Origin: Acidimicrobiaceae bacterium
Lineage (GTDB): Bacteria > Actinomycetota > Acidimicrobiia > Acidimicrobiales > RAAP-2
Assembly (NCBI GenBank): GCA_027315315.1
Contig: DAHUYG010000049.1
Coordinates: 17,373-81,372, forward strand
DNA length: 64,000 nucleotides
Direction of reading: 5' to 3'
This document shows, piece by piece, positions 9,300-20,101 of the stretch (positions are counted from its first letter, which is position 1; the number at the start of each line of letters is the position of its first letter). The position numbers and the translations under genes were made by a program. The notes beneath the pieces were generated by a model. That model made no database searches. It saw only the letters and a program-made list of their open reading frames with translations, and was not told where the DNA came from.

Positions 9300-9629
9300 T
9301 CAAGCACCCGCCAGACCCAGGAATACGACAATCGCTCGCCCAAGGCGCATCATGTCCTCGTCGTCCAGACGCCCGATCAGATCGCCGAGCCTGCTCCGGG
9401 GGACCGTTGTGACCTTGTCGACCATCAGACTCGAGACTTCTCGAAGACCTGAGTCTCCCGGCTCGACCCGCAGCCGGATGAGAGGCGCCTCGGTCGGGTC
9501 AGCGGTGAAGGAGCAGATGGTGACCGAGTCAGTCGCGTCGAAGCGATCATCCTGGATGACGATCACGGGTCGTGGTTTGCCGGCATAGCCAGATCCGCCA
9601 GCGGCGGTCCAGATCTCTCCCCGTCTCAC
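9300..9629 (-). CDS. mazF: type II toxin, PemK/MazF family endoribonuclease
   Basis: 109 aa: RRGEIWTAAGGSGYAGKPRPVIVIQDD...SVTICSFT......LR..V.....GL...S.LMVDKVTTVPRSRL is typical of the MazF fold. The GTG start at 9629 overlaps the antitoxin stop as GTGA. Confidence 0.85.
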   Translation of the reverse strand: MRRGEIWTAAGGSGYAGKPRPVIVIQDDRFDATDSVTICSFTADPTEAPLIRLRVEPGDSGLREVSSLMVDKVTTVPRSRLGDLIGRLDDEDMMRLGRAIVVFLGLAGA

Positions 9630-9844
9630 TCCTCTTCCGAACTCATTGCATCGATGAAGGCCTGGTCGTCCCGGGCGAAGGCGCTCTCGGCCACCATCAG
9701 CGACTGGCGGTGTGCCTCGGTCACAAACTGCGAGGAGCGGACGTCGGGGACCCAGATCTGAATCGGGCGCATGCCCTGGGCGCGCAGGCGGGCGCGATGG
9801 TTGCTGACTCGTTCTCGGACGGACAACGCCTTCTTCTCGGTCAC
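9626..9844 (-). CDS. mazE: MazE-like antitoxin (DUF3018-type)
   Basis: 72 aa. RERVSNHRARLRAQGMRPIQIWVPDVRS matches the DUF3018/MazE-like family as I recall it. Acidic C-terminal tail. Translationally coupled to mazF. Confidence 0.8.
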   Translation of the reverse strand: MTEKKALSVRERVSNHRARLRAQGMRPIQIWVPDVRSSQFVTEAHRQSLMVAESAFARDDQAFIDAMSSEEE

Positions 9845-9852
9845 TCCAGGAA

Positions 9853-9864
9853 GTTACATGTAAC
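9853..9864. promoter_or_regulatory. perfect 12-bp palindrome GTTACATGTAAC, candidate MazEF operator
   Basis: AT-rich perfect palindrome 9 nt upstream of the mazE GTG start (9844). Confidence 0.4.
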
Positions 9865-10052
9865 AGAGGACGCCAGCCGAGGGCCCTCGCGCATGTTCTC
9901 GAGCGTCCCGCGAGAGCATCGTCGTCGCGAGCGTCATCCCGCGGGTGATCCCCCTGCCAGTCGAGCAAGGCGAATTTGCCTCAGGGATTGTTCTAACCCA
10001 CTCGGTCCTTTCCGAGGCCGCCTTGGCTGCCGGGCAAAGGGGTCAGGTCCCC

Positions 10053-10076
10053 TGGTGGGCGAGGAGGGACTTGAAC
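10053..10076 (-). other. orphan copy of the tRNA-Leu 3' end (T-loop + acceptor + CCA), att-like scar
   Basis: The reverse complement GTTCAAGTCCCTCCTCGCCCACCA matches 6986..7009 of tRNA-Leu(CAG) at 23/24 positions. The upstream sequence cannot form the rest of a tRNA. Confidence 0.6.
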
Positions 10077-10397
10077 TCAGATACACGAGAGATTGTCGAA
10101 TGCCTGTTCGTGCCAAATAGTGCCTCTGAACTGGGAACACGTCGTAGCCGCCTTCCTGCGTCTGATAACGGAGACGCCACGATGCTGGGATCGCAGGACC
10201 GTGAAGTCCGGGTGATTGAGGGAGGCGAATGTGCGGATTCCTCGGTTCTCAGCGACGGTCACCACGACAGTCGACCAATGTCAGGTCAACGACCTCAAGA
10301 CCCCCGCTCGTTCGACACCTCCGTCGGCCGGCGCCCCGCTCGACGCCGCTGGCCGGACACGCCTCCGACCTGCGGGCCGGCCGGGGTGTCAGGACTC

Positions 10398-10435
10398 TCC
10401 TGACGCAGGAGTGTAAGGTCTGTCCTGACACAGGA
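10398..10435. promoter_or_regulatory. two copies of palindrome TCCTGAC(G/A)CAGGA upstream of the ClpX-zinc-finger gene
   Basis: TCCTGACGCAGGA at 10398-10410 and TCCTGACACAGGA at 10423-10435. The second overlaps the AGGAGG Shine-Dalgarno (10432-10437) of the ATG at 10444. Confidence 0.4.
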
Positions 10436-10443
10436 GGATCCGC

Positions 10444-10806
10444 ATGTCGGAGACCAAGACCCTGCTCGCCAACTGCTCGTTCTGTGCGAGGCCCAACACC
10501 GAGGTGGGAAAGCTCGTGGCCGGTCCAGGGGTGTACATCTGCGACACCTGCGTGGGTCTGTGCAACGCGGTGCTGGCGGACACCCCGAGCGGCCCGCCCC
10601 GGCCGCTCCCCTGGCAGGGGGACATGACGCTCGACGCCCTGCTGGCGATGCTCCCGGGGTACGCAGCCGCAGGCGAGCAGGTCGAGCGGAATCTCACCGA
10701 GTGCGTCCGGCGGGCGCGGGCGCTCGGCGCCACGTGGGCCAGGATCGGCGAGGCCCTCGGGATGACCCGCCAGAGCGCTTGGGAGCGCTTCTCGGGAGAG
10801 GAGTAG
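10444..10806 (+). CDS. ClpX-type C4 zinc-finger protein with C-terminal HTH-like segment
   Basis: 120 aa. [30 protein letters not shown] matches the ClpX N-terminal zinc-binding domain pattern (CxxC-x19-CxxC). The C-terminus [22 protein letters not shown] is HTH-like. Strong SD. Confidence 0.8.
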   Translation: MSETKTLLANCSFCARPNTEVGKLVAGPGVYICDTCVGLCNAVLADTPSGPPRPLPWQGDMTLDALLAMLPGYAAAGEQVERNLTECVRRARALGATWARIGEALGMTRQSAWERFSGEE

Positions 10807-10823
10807 GGGCTAAGAAGGCCTTC

Positions 10824-11639
10824 GTGGCCGACGAACCGATCTCGACCCCCCGCTACACCCACGGGCACCACGCGAGCGTGCTCCGCTCCCACCGTTGGAG
10901 GACCGCCGAGAACTCGGCCGGGTACCTGCTCGGCCGGCTCGTCCCGGGGATGGACCTCCTCGACGTCGGGTGCGGCCCCGGGACCATCACCGCCGATCTC
11001 GCCGCGAAGCTCGCCCCCGGGCGCGTCGTCGGGATGGACCGATCCGAGGAGGCCCTGCGCTCGGCACGCGGGCTGCCCGGGACCCCCGAGGGGCTGTCGT
11101 TCGTCACCGGTGACGTGTACGCGATGGAGTTCGACGACGACTCCTTCGACGTCGTCCACGCCCACCAGGTCCTCCAGCATCTCGGGGATCCGGTGGCCGC
11201 ACTGGTCGAGATGCGCCGGGTGTGCCGGCCCGGGGGCGTGATCGCGCTGCGCGACGCCGACTACGCGACGATGGGCTGGTATCCCGAGGTGCCCGAGATC
11301 GCCCGGTGGCTCGACCTCTACCGTCGGACCGCTCGGGCCAACGGCGGCGAGCCCGACGCCGGGCGCCACCTCGTCGCTTGGGCGCGGGCGGCCGGCTGCA
11401 CGGACATCGAACCCACCGCCTCGGCCTGGTGCTTCGCCACGGCCGGGGACCGGCGGTGGTGGGCCGAGACCTGGGCCGAGCGTGTCACCCTGAGCGCGCT
11501 TGCGGCCCGGATCGGGGAGCTCGGCTACGCCGACCGGGCCACGCTCGACTCGATCGCCGCCGCCTGGCTCCGCTGGGCCGAGGAGCCCGACGGCTGGTTC
11601 TCGGTCCTGCACGCGGAGGTGACCTGCCGGCCCGGCTGA
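10824..11639 (+). CDS. class I SAM-dependent methyltransferase (UbiE/Methyltransf_11-like)
   Basis: THGHHASVLRSHRWRTAENSAGYLL, LLDVGCGPGTIT, FDVVHAHQVLQHL and RVCRPGGVIAL. Start set at GTG 10824, after the upstream stop; the listed ORF 10560 overlaps the preceding gene. Confidence 0.8.
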   Translation: MADEPISTPRYTHGHHASVLRSHRWRTAENSAGYLLGRLVPGMDLLDVGCGPGTITADLAAKLAPGRVVGMDRSEEALRSARGLPGTPEGLSFVTGDVYAMEFDDDSFDVVHAHQVLQHLGDPVAALVEMRRVCRPGGVIALRDADYATMGWYPEVPEIARWLDLYRRTARANGGEPDAGRHLVAWARAAGCTDIEPTASAWCFATAGDRRWWAETWAERVTLSALAARIGELGYADRATLDSIAAAWLRWAEEPDGWFSVLHAEVTCRPG

Positions 11640-11751
11640 CGTTGCCGGGCGTCGCGAGACCCGCCCATGAACGAATGAATTGGCTGGTCAGCAAGTACAA
11701 TGTCGACGCGCCGCCGGACGACGGACGGGCTCTGAACGACGAGGTGACCGG

Positions 11752-12825
11752 GTGATCCTGCACCGTGACGGGACGACCCGTCGCAGCGCGGCCGCGCCCA
11801 GACCCGCGTCCGTCCCCGAGCTCGCACGGGTGCTCAGGCAGGCCCGCGCCGCCCGTGGCCTGGAGCTGTTTGCGGTGAGCCAGCAGACCTCGATCCCCCT
11901 CGACCTTCTCCACGACCTCGAGTCGGGGACCGTCGACCGCCTGCCCGACCGCGTGGCCATCTTGAAAGCGCTCAGCCGCTACGCCAATTTCTTGCACCTC
12001 CCGGCCGACCAGTTCGTGATGACCCTCGTCGAGCACTGGCCGACGGCACCCGCCTCGGTGGCCGCGACGAACGGCGGTCCGGTGATGACCGACACCGTGG
12101 CCACCACGCGGCCCGGGTCCGCGGTCGCGCCGGGCGACCTGTCCACCCGCGCCGTCCCGGTGTCGATGCCCACCACGGCGAGCATCCCGACCTCGGCCAT
12201 GGGCCTGCCGAAGGTCGCCGAGGGCCGGCACGCGACGACGGCGCCGGTGCCCATCGTGATGGCCGACACCGGCCGGACGCCGGCCGTCCGGCGCACGAAC
12301 GACGGCCTCCTCGTGTCGTTCATCCGAGCCCTGGCCGTCGTGATCTCGATCCTGATCGCGCTCGGTGTCGCTTGGCTGGTGATCAACCGGGTGCGTCCGC
12401 ACTGGCTCGCCGACCTGCACATCCCCTACTCGATCGGGGGCGTCGCCACCCCCACCGGGAACGCATCGAGCACCTCGACCACCCACGCCACGACACGGGC
12501 CACCGCTCCGGCAAGGCCCGCCATGACCCTCGTCTCGGCCAACGCCTCCCAGGCCACGTTCTCGGTCACCGCCCCGCTCTTCACGGTGGAGGTGAGCGCG
12601 TCGGGCGGGGACACCTGGGTCAAGGCCACCGGGCCGCTCAGCACCAAGCCCGAGTTCGAGGGGATCGTCCAAAGCGGGCAGTCCCAGTCGGTCCAGGGGA
12701 ACCACCAGCTCATCGTGGAGATCGGCTCCACCGCCGCCCGCATGGCGATCCAGGTGGGGCACGAGGTCATCGGGACCTACGTGCCCCCCGGGGCCCCCTT
12801 CACGATGACCTTCACCTCCAAGTAG
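11752..12825 (+). CDS. RodZ-like membrane protein (N-terminal HTH, TM helix, C-terminal DUF4115-like domain)
   Basis: HTH LARVLRQARAARGLELFAVSQQTSIPLDLLHDLESG, TM VSFIRALAVVISILIALGVAWLVI, and a C-terminal beta-rich domain (FSVTA..FTVEVSASGGDTWVKATG...). Start uncertain: GTG 11752 with GAGG 6 nt upstream, or TTG 11680. Confidence 0.7.
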   Translation: MILHRDGTTRRSAAAPRPASVPELARVLRQARAARGLELFAVSQQTSIPLDLLHDLESGTVDRLPDRVAILKALSRYANFLHLPADQFVMTLVEHWPTAPASVAATNGGPVMTDTVATTRPGSAVAPGDLSTRAVPVSMPTTASIPTSAMGLPKVAEGRHATTAPVPIVMADTGRTPAVRRTNDGLLVSFIRALAVVISILIALGVAWLVINRVRPHWLADLHIPYSIGGVATPTGNASSTSTTHATTRATAPARPAMTLVSANASQATFSVTAPLFTVEVSASGGDTWVKATGPLSTKPEFEGIVQSGQSQSVQGNHQLIVEIGSTAARMAIQVGHEVIGTYVPPGAPFTMTFTSK

Positions 12826-12830
12826 GCCCT

Positions 12831-12878
12831 CTACTCCTGCTCGGCCAGCACCGGCTACTCCTGCTCGGCCAGCACCGG
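12831..12878. repeat. perfect 2 x 24-bp tandem duplication containing the gyrA stop and last 7 codons
   Basis: CTACTCCTGCTCGGCCAGCACCGG occurs at 12831-12854 and again at 12855-12878. The reverse complement encodes PVLAEQE-stop. Confidence 0.9.
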
Positions 12879-15377
12879 TGCCACGGCCGCGACGACCTGG
12901 CCCTCGTCGAGGTTCATGACCCGGACGCCCGTCGCATCCCGGCCCTGGGAGGCGATCTCACGCACCGAGGTGCGGATGGTCACCCCGCCAGTAGAGACGA
13001 GGAGGATGTCCCCCTCGTAGGGGACCATGAAGGCGGCGACGACCGAGCCGCGTCGCGCGGTGAGCTTGATCCCCCGCACCCCCTGGCCCCCCCGGGCCTG
13101 GGCGTTGAACCGCTCGAGCTTGGTCCGCTTGCCGTAACCGGCGTCGGTGACCATCAAGATGTCGACGTCGTCGCGCGCGACGTCACAGGACACCACCTCG
13201 TCCCCGGCGCGAAGGCGGATGCCCCGGACGCCGGCCGCGTCCCGGCCCATGGCCCGGACGTCCTTCTCGGTGAACCGGATGGTCATCCCCTGCTTGGTCA
13301 CCACGAAGATGTCGTCCTCGCCGCTCGTCTCGATGACCCGCACCAGGCTGTCGCCGGCCCGCAGGCTGATGGCGATGAAGCCCTCCCGCCGTGACTTGTC
13401 GTACTCGCTGAAGGCGGTCTTCTTCGCCTGCCCCTGCGCCGTCGCGAACATGAGGTAGTGGTCGGCCGGGAAGTCGCGCGTCTGGACGATCGCCTTGATG
13501 GTCTCGCCGGTCTCGAGCGGCAGCAGGTTGACGAGGGCCGTCCCCCTGGCCGTGCGCTCCTTGGTCGGGATCTCGTGCCCCCGCAACCGGTATACCCGGC
13601 CTCGCTCGGAGAACAAGAGCAGATGGGCGTGCGAGGTGGTGTGCACGACGTGGGTGACGAGGTCCTCCTCCTTCAGCCGCGCGCCCTGGATGCCGCGCCC
13701 GCCGCGCCCCTGGGTACGGAAGGCCGTCGCCGGGACCGCCTTGATGTAGCCGGCTGCGGTCATGGTCACGACGATCTCCTGGTCCTGGACCAGGTCCTCG
13801 ATCCCGAGCTCGCCCGGGTCGTGGGTGATGATGCTGCGGCGCTCGTCGGCGAACCGCTCACGGATCGCGGCCATCTCGGTTTTGATGACGCCCCGCAGCT
13901 TCGCGTCGTCCGACAGGATCGACTCGAGCTCGGCGATGGTCTCGCGGAGCTTCGCCATCTCCTCTTCGAGCTCGGAACGGCCGAGCCGGGTGAGGCGGCC
14001 GAGCTGCATGTCCAAGATGTGGTTCGCCTGCTCCTCGCTGAAGGAGAAGGGTGCGGCCATGAGGGACGCCCTCGCCTCGCCGCGGTCGGCCGACGCCCGG
14101 ATCGTGGCGATGACCGCATCGAGCATGTCGATGGCCTTGAGGAGCCCCTCGACGATGTGGGCCCTCGCCCGGGCCTTGCGCAGCTGGTACTCGGAGCGGC
14201 GGGTGATGACCTCGACCTGGTGGGCCACGTAGTGCCCGACCATCTGGGCCAGGTTGAGCGTGCGCGGGACGCCGTCGACCAGCGCCAGGGCGTTCACCCC
14301 GAAGGTGGTCTGCAGCGGGGTGTGCTTGTAGAGCTTGTTCAGCACCACGTTCGCATTCGCGTCCCGCTTCAGGCGGATGACGAGGCGGGGCTTGCGGGCG
14401 GCCGAGTCGTTCTGCACCTCGGCGATCCCGTCGAGATCGCCCGAGCGGACCAGGTCGTGGATCTTCTGCTCAACGACCTCGACCGAGGTCTGGTACGGCA
14501 TCTCGGTCACCACGATGGTCGTGACCCCGCGGTTCTCCTCGACCTCGGCGACGGCCCGCATGCGGACCGAGCCTCGGCCAGTCCGATACGCGTCGATGAT
14601 TCCCTGGCGGCCGAGGATGAGGGCGCCGGTCGGGAAGTCCGGGCCCTTCACGAACTGCATCAGGTCGTCGGGGCTCGCATCGGGATGATCGATCACGTGC
14701 ATGGTGGCGTCGATCACCTCGCCCAGGTTGTGGGGCGGGATGTTCGTCGCCATGCCGACCGCGATGCCCGTCGAGCCGTTGACGAGCAGGTTCGGGAACC
14801 TCGAGGGGAGGACGACCGGCTCCTCGGCGGAGTTCGAGTAGTTGGGGACGAAGTCGACCGTCTCCTCGTCGATCCCGGCCATGAGCTCGAGGGCGAGCGG
14901 GTCGAGCCGGCACTCCGTGTAGCGCATTGCCGCCGGCCCCTCGTCGGGTCCGGTACCGCCGAAGTTGCCGTGGCCGTCGATGAGCGGCAGGCGCATGCTG
15001 AAGTCCTGCACCATCCGCACCAGGGCGTCGTAGATGGCGAGGTCCCCGTGGGGGTGGAGGGTACCCATCACGCGGCCGACGACCTCGGCGCACTTGACGT
15101 GGGGTCGGTCGGGCCGCAGGCCTTGGTCGAACATCGAGTAGAGGATCCGGCGGTGCACCGGCTTCAACCCGTCGCGCACGTCGGGCAGCGCCCTCGAGAC
15201 GATGACCGACATCGAGTACTCGATGAACGAGCGCTCCATCTCTTCTTGGATCTCGATGGGCTCGATGAACCCAAGGACCGCGCTCTCGGCGTCGCCGTGG
15301 CCGTTCGCGTGCTGCCCGTTGGACGCGCCTCTCGCCGGGGCCTTGGCTGACCTGGAGGTGGACTTTCGGGGCGGCAT
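12855..15377 (-). CDS. gyrA: DNA gyrase subunit A
   Basis: [32 protein letters not shown], the AAMRYTE active-site Tyr region, and C-terminal beta-pinwheel repeats. Start set at ATG 15377, 11 nt after the gyrB stop. Confidence 0.97.
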   Translation of the reverse strand: MPPRKSTSRSAKAPARGASNGQHANGHGDAESAVLGFIEPIEIQEEMERSFIEYSMSVIVSRALPDVRDGLKPVHRRILYSMFDQGLRPDRPHVKCAEVVGRVMGTLHPHGDLAIYDALVRMVQDFSMRLPLIDGHGNFGGTGPDEGPAAMRYTECRLDPLALELMAGIDEETVDFVPNYSNSAEEPVVLPSRFPNLLVNGSTGIAVGMATNIPPHNLGEVIDATMHVIDHPDASPDDLMQFVKGPDFPTGALILGRQGIIDAYRTGRGSVRMRAVAEVEENRGVTTIVVTEMPYQTSVEVVEQKIHDLVRSGDLDGIAEVQNDSAARKPRLVIRLKRDANANVVLNKLYKHTPLQTTFGVNALALVDGVPRTLNLAQMVGHYVAHQVEVITRRSEYQLRKARARAHIVEGLLKAIDMLDAVIATIRASADRGEARASLMAAPFSFSEEQANHILDMQLGRLTRLGRSELEEEMAKLRETIAELESILSDDAKLRGVIKTEMAAIRERFADERRSIITHDPGELGIEDLVQDQEIVVTMTAAGYIKAVPATAFRTQGRGGRGIQGARLKEEDLVTHVVHTTSHAHLLLFSERGRVYRLRGHEIPTKERTARGTALVNLLPLETGETIKAIVQTRDFPADHYLMFATAQGQAKKTAFSEYDKSRREGFIAISLRAGDSLVRVIETSGEDDIFVVTKQGMTIRFTEKDVRAMGRDAAGVRGIRLRAGDEVVSCDVARDDVDILMVTDAGYGKRTKLERFNAQARGGQGVRGIKLTARRGSVVAAFMVPYEGDILLVSTGGVTIRTSVREIASQGRDATGVRVMNLDEGQVVAAVAPVLAEQE

Positions 15378-15388
15378 GGTGCGGGACC

Positions 15389-17335
<1,947 letters not shown>

Positions 17336-17548
17336 CTAAGGGCGCGACCAATCTCGGGGGCCGATCTCGGCGCGCGTTCCGGACACCACGAACGGGCCTC
17401 TTTCCCGTCCGCTGATGCTCATGATTCTACTCGATCACGCACCGACTCTGGTGCCTCGACACCCCGTCCGAAGGCGGCCTCCGGGCCGGCAGAACCCCAC
17501 TTCAGGGCGCCGTTTTGCCCGCCCGGGGTGGGCCGGAGCGCCGTGGTT

Positions 17549-17866
17549 TCAAGACCTCTTCACGATGACCTCGAGACGCCCGGGCGCACGCCCGGCGACG
17601 GCACCGATCTGCGCCAGGAGCGTGGCCCCGAGGGACCGCACCTGGGTCGCCCAGACGGGGTGGTCGGCCGCCACCACGAGCGTCTCCTCGCTCACCCGGA
17701 CCGGCCGCACGTGCGCTGCGAGCGCCGGGCCCACGATCTCCTCCCACCGTCCGAAGACCGCCCCGAACTCCCGCGCCCCTTGCGGAGCGAGCTCCTGGAC
17801 GACCTCGTCCAGGGACTCGCGCACATGTCGCGGGCCCTCAAGATCCCGCCGGCCCCGTCGGCTCAT
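17549..17866 (-). CDS. dciA: DUF721-domain protein (DciA-like helicase-operator candidate)
   Basis: 105 aa sitting between recF and gyrB, like M. tuberculosis Rv0004. Sequence ..W..IVGP.LA.H..PV.....TLVV.......ATQ.R fits DUF721. The ATG overlaps the recF stop as ATGA. Confidence 0.75.
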   Translation of the reverse strand: MSRRGRRDLEGPRHVRESLDEVVQELAPQGAREFGAVFGRWEEIVGPALAAHVRPVRVSEETLVVAADHPVWATQVRSLGATLLAQIGAVAGRAPGRLEVIVKRS

Positions 17867-18984
17867 CGCGCGAGGCCCACCACGTCGACGATTCGCTCGA
17901 CCTCCATGCCCTCGGGCAGGGGCGTCGCGGTCGTGAGCAACGACTGACCCCGCGGGAGAAGCCGGACGAGGGCCCGGCTCCGGGCCAAATCGAGCTCCGA
18001 GAACACGTCGTCGAGCAACAAGATGGGCGGGCGGCCGAGCCGTTTCGTCAGCAGTTGGTGGATCCCGAGACGCAGGCTCAGCGCAAGGCAGCGTTGCTCG
18101 CCCTGGGAGGCCTGCGAACGCGAGTCGCGCCCGGCGAGCGTGACCAACAGGTCGTCACGGTGCGGACCGACGGTGGTGGCGCCGCGTCGGAGGTCCTCCT
18201 TGCGGCGGGCCTCCAGCGCGTCCCTGAGCGGGCCGTCCCACGACTGTTGGTAGGAGAGCTCGACGTGTGCCGGGCCGGTCGCATCGGCAAGTGCCAGATA
18301 GGCGCGTTCGGCGAGCGGAGCAAGCTCACGTAGCAGGCTGCGTCTCCCGCCGACCACGGACGTCGCGGCCGTGGCGAGCCGGTCGTCCCAGACCTCGAGG
18401 GTGGCCTCGGTGTCGGGGCCGACCCGCCCGCCGGCCTGGCGCAGGAACGCGCCGCGCTGGCGCAGCGCACGCTCGGTGTCCTCGATCGCGGCGGCGAGGC
18501 GCCGGTCGAGACTGGCCAGCGCATCGTCGAGCATGGTCCGGCGGCCGGCCGGCCCGGCCTGGATCAACGCCAGGTCGTCGGGCGAGAACACGGTCACCGG
18601 CACGGCGGCGGCGAGCTCCGCCCGGCGCGCCCGCTGCCGGTTCACCTGGGCCCTCGACTCCCCCGCGCCCCGGGTGAGCTCGGTCTCCACGGTCACGCGC
18701 CGGCCGGCGTCGTCGAGCTCGCCCCGGACGTACCCGCGCTCGGCGCCCGTGCGGATCATCGCCTCGCGGGGCGCTCCCCGAAAGGAGCGCTGGGAGCCCA
18801 GAAATGCCACCGCTTCGAGAACGGTCGTCTTCCCGCTGCCGTTCGGGCCGGTGAACACCGTGGTGCCCTCCTTGGCCGGGACCACGGTGGCCATCGAGAA
18901 GGTACGAAAATCACGCATCGAGAGCTCGGTCAACACGAGCGCGGGGGACTCGGCGCCCTCGAGAACGGACTGATCCGCCGGCAT
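17863..18984 (-). CDS. recF: DNA replication/repair protein RecF
   Basis: Walker A GPNGSGKTTVLEA, signature GEQRCLALSLRL and Walker B ILLLDDVFSELD. An alternative GTG start lies at 18936. Confidence 0.95.
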   Translation of the reverse strand: MPADQSVLEGAESPALVLTELSMRDFRTFSMATVVPAKEGTTVFTGPNGSGKTTVLEAVAFLGSQRSFRGAPREAMIRTGAERGYVRGELDDAGRRVTVETELTRGAGESRAQVNRQRARRAELAAAVPVTVFSPDDLALIQAGPAGRRTMLDDALASLDRRLAAAIEDTERALRQRGAFLRQAGGRVGPDTEATLEVWDDRLATAATSVVGGRRSLLRELAPLAERAYLALADATGPAHVELSYQQSWDGPLRDALEARRKEDLRRGATTVGPHRDDLLVTLAGRDSRSQASQGEQRCLALSLRLGIHQLLTKRLGRPPILLLDDVFSELDLARSRALVRLLPRGQSLLTTATPLPEGMEVERIVDVVGLAR

Positions 18985-18994
18985 GCGGGGAGAA

Positions 18995-20101
18995 CTACGA
19001 AACCCGGACCGGCATCAGCAGATATCGGTAGTCGTCCCGTTCGGCCGCTCGCACGGTGGCCGGCCTGCTCGGGTCGGCGGTCTCGATGATCACCTCGTCG
19101 TCCGCCACCGCCTCGACGCCGTCGATCAGGTACGACGGGTTGAAGGCGATCACCAGGTCCTCCCCGGTGAAGTCACCGTCGACCGTCTCGCTCGCCTCCC
19201 CGACCTCCTGGGAGACGACCGAGAGGTCGACCCCGCCCTGGCGCATCGACAGCCGCACCGGCGTCGTGTTGTCCCGGACGAGCAGCCGAACCCGTCTCAG
19301 GGCCCCGAGGAGGGACTCCTTGCCGACGTGCAGCCGGTTCGGGTACTCGTGGGGGATGAGCTGGCGGTAGTCCGGATAGGACCCGTCGAGCAGTCGCGTC
19401 CGTATCTCGACCGTCCCGACCCGGAACGTGATGTCATGGGTCCCCGCCGTCACCTCGATGCCGCCCGAGCCCTCGTCGCCCAGGCCCGGTAGTCGCTGCA
19501 GCTCGGCCAGGGCCCGGGCCGGGACCAGCACCTCGGGCGCGTCGGGGATGGCCTTCGTGTCACGGAGATCGCGGAGGGCCAGCCGGTACGAGTCGGTCGC
19601 CACGAGGCGCACCACTTCGTCCTGGGCGGTCATGAGGACCCCGGTGAGGAGCGGGCGGGCGTCGTCGGTCGAGGCCGCTCTGACCACCTGTCGAAGCCCC
19701 TCGGCGAGAGCATTCCCGACCACGTGGCCCCCGGCGTCGGACGGCGCCACCGTCGGGAACTCGACCACCGGGAACGTGCGGAGACCGAAGCGTGAGCGCG
19801 CCGCGGAGATCTCTACCCGCTCCTCGCCCGACTCGAAGGTGACTGCTCCGGCTTCCAGGGACCGCACGATGTCGGTCGCGAGTCGCGCCGGAACCACACA
19901 CGATCCGTCCTCGAGGCCGATCACCTCCTGCTCCATCCGGATCGTGAGATCCAGGTCCGTGCCGGTGCCGGTCAACCGGTTCCCCTCGCATACCAACAAG
20001 ACGCCCGAGAGCACGACCGAGGAGACCCCCCGGCCCCCGACGGCCCGACCAACCGTGGACAGCACATCGACCAACGCATCACGCTCAGAGCGGAACTTCA
20101 C
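18995..20101 (-). CDS. dnaN: DNA polymerase III beta sliding clamp
   Basis: 368 aa. MKFRSERDAL..., three-domain beta-clamp pattern, C-terminal YLLMPVR. Confidence 0.95.
   Translation of the reverse strand: MKFRSERDALVDVLSTVGRAVGGRGVSSVVLSGVLLVCEGNRLTGTGTDLDLTIRMEQEVIGLEDGSCVVPARLATDIVRSLEAGAVTFESGEERVEISAARSRFGLRTFPVVEFPTVAPSDAGGHVVGNALAEGLRQVVRAASTDDARPLLTGVLMTAQDEVVRLVATDSYRLALRDLRDTKAIPDAPEVLVPARALAELQRLPGLGDEGSGGIEVTAGTHDITFRVGTVEIRTRLLDGSYPDYRQLIPHEYPNRLHVGKESLLGALRRVRLLVRDNTTPVRLSMRQGGVDLSVVSQEVGEASETVDGDFTGEDLVIAFNPSYLIDGVEAVADDEVIIETADPSRPATVRAAERDDYRYLLMPVRVS

Noticed and set aside
9945-10403. 152-aa ORF in the low-GC stretch between mazE and the ClpX-zinc-finger gene
   Set aside because: It has no recognisable domain and runs across the tRNA-Leu 3'-end fragment. 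It is probably non-coding scar DNA, but I cannot exclude a small gene.
17424-17429. TAGAAT (minus strand) as the gyrB -10 element
   Set aside because: It is a plausible hexamer ~95 nt upstream of gyrB, but there is no -35 or extended -10 and no supporting data. It is too weak to annotate.
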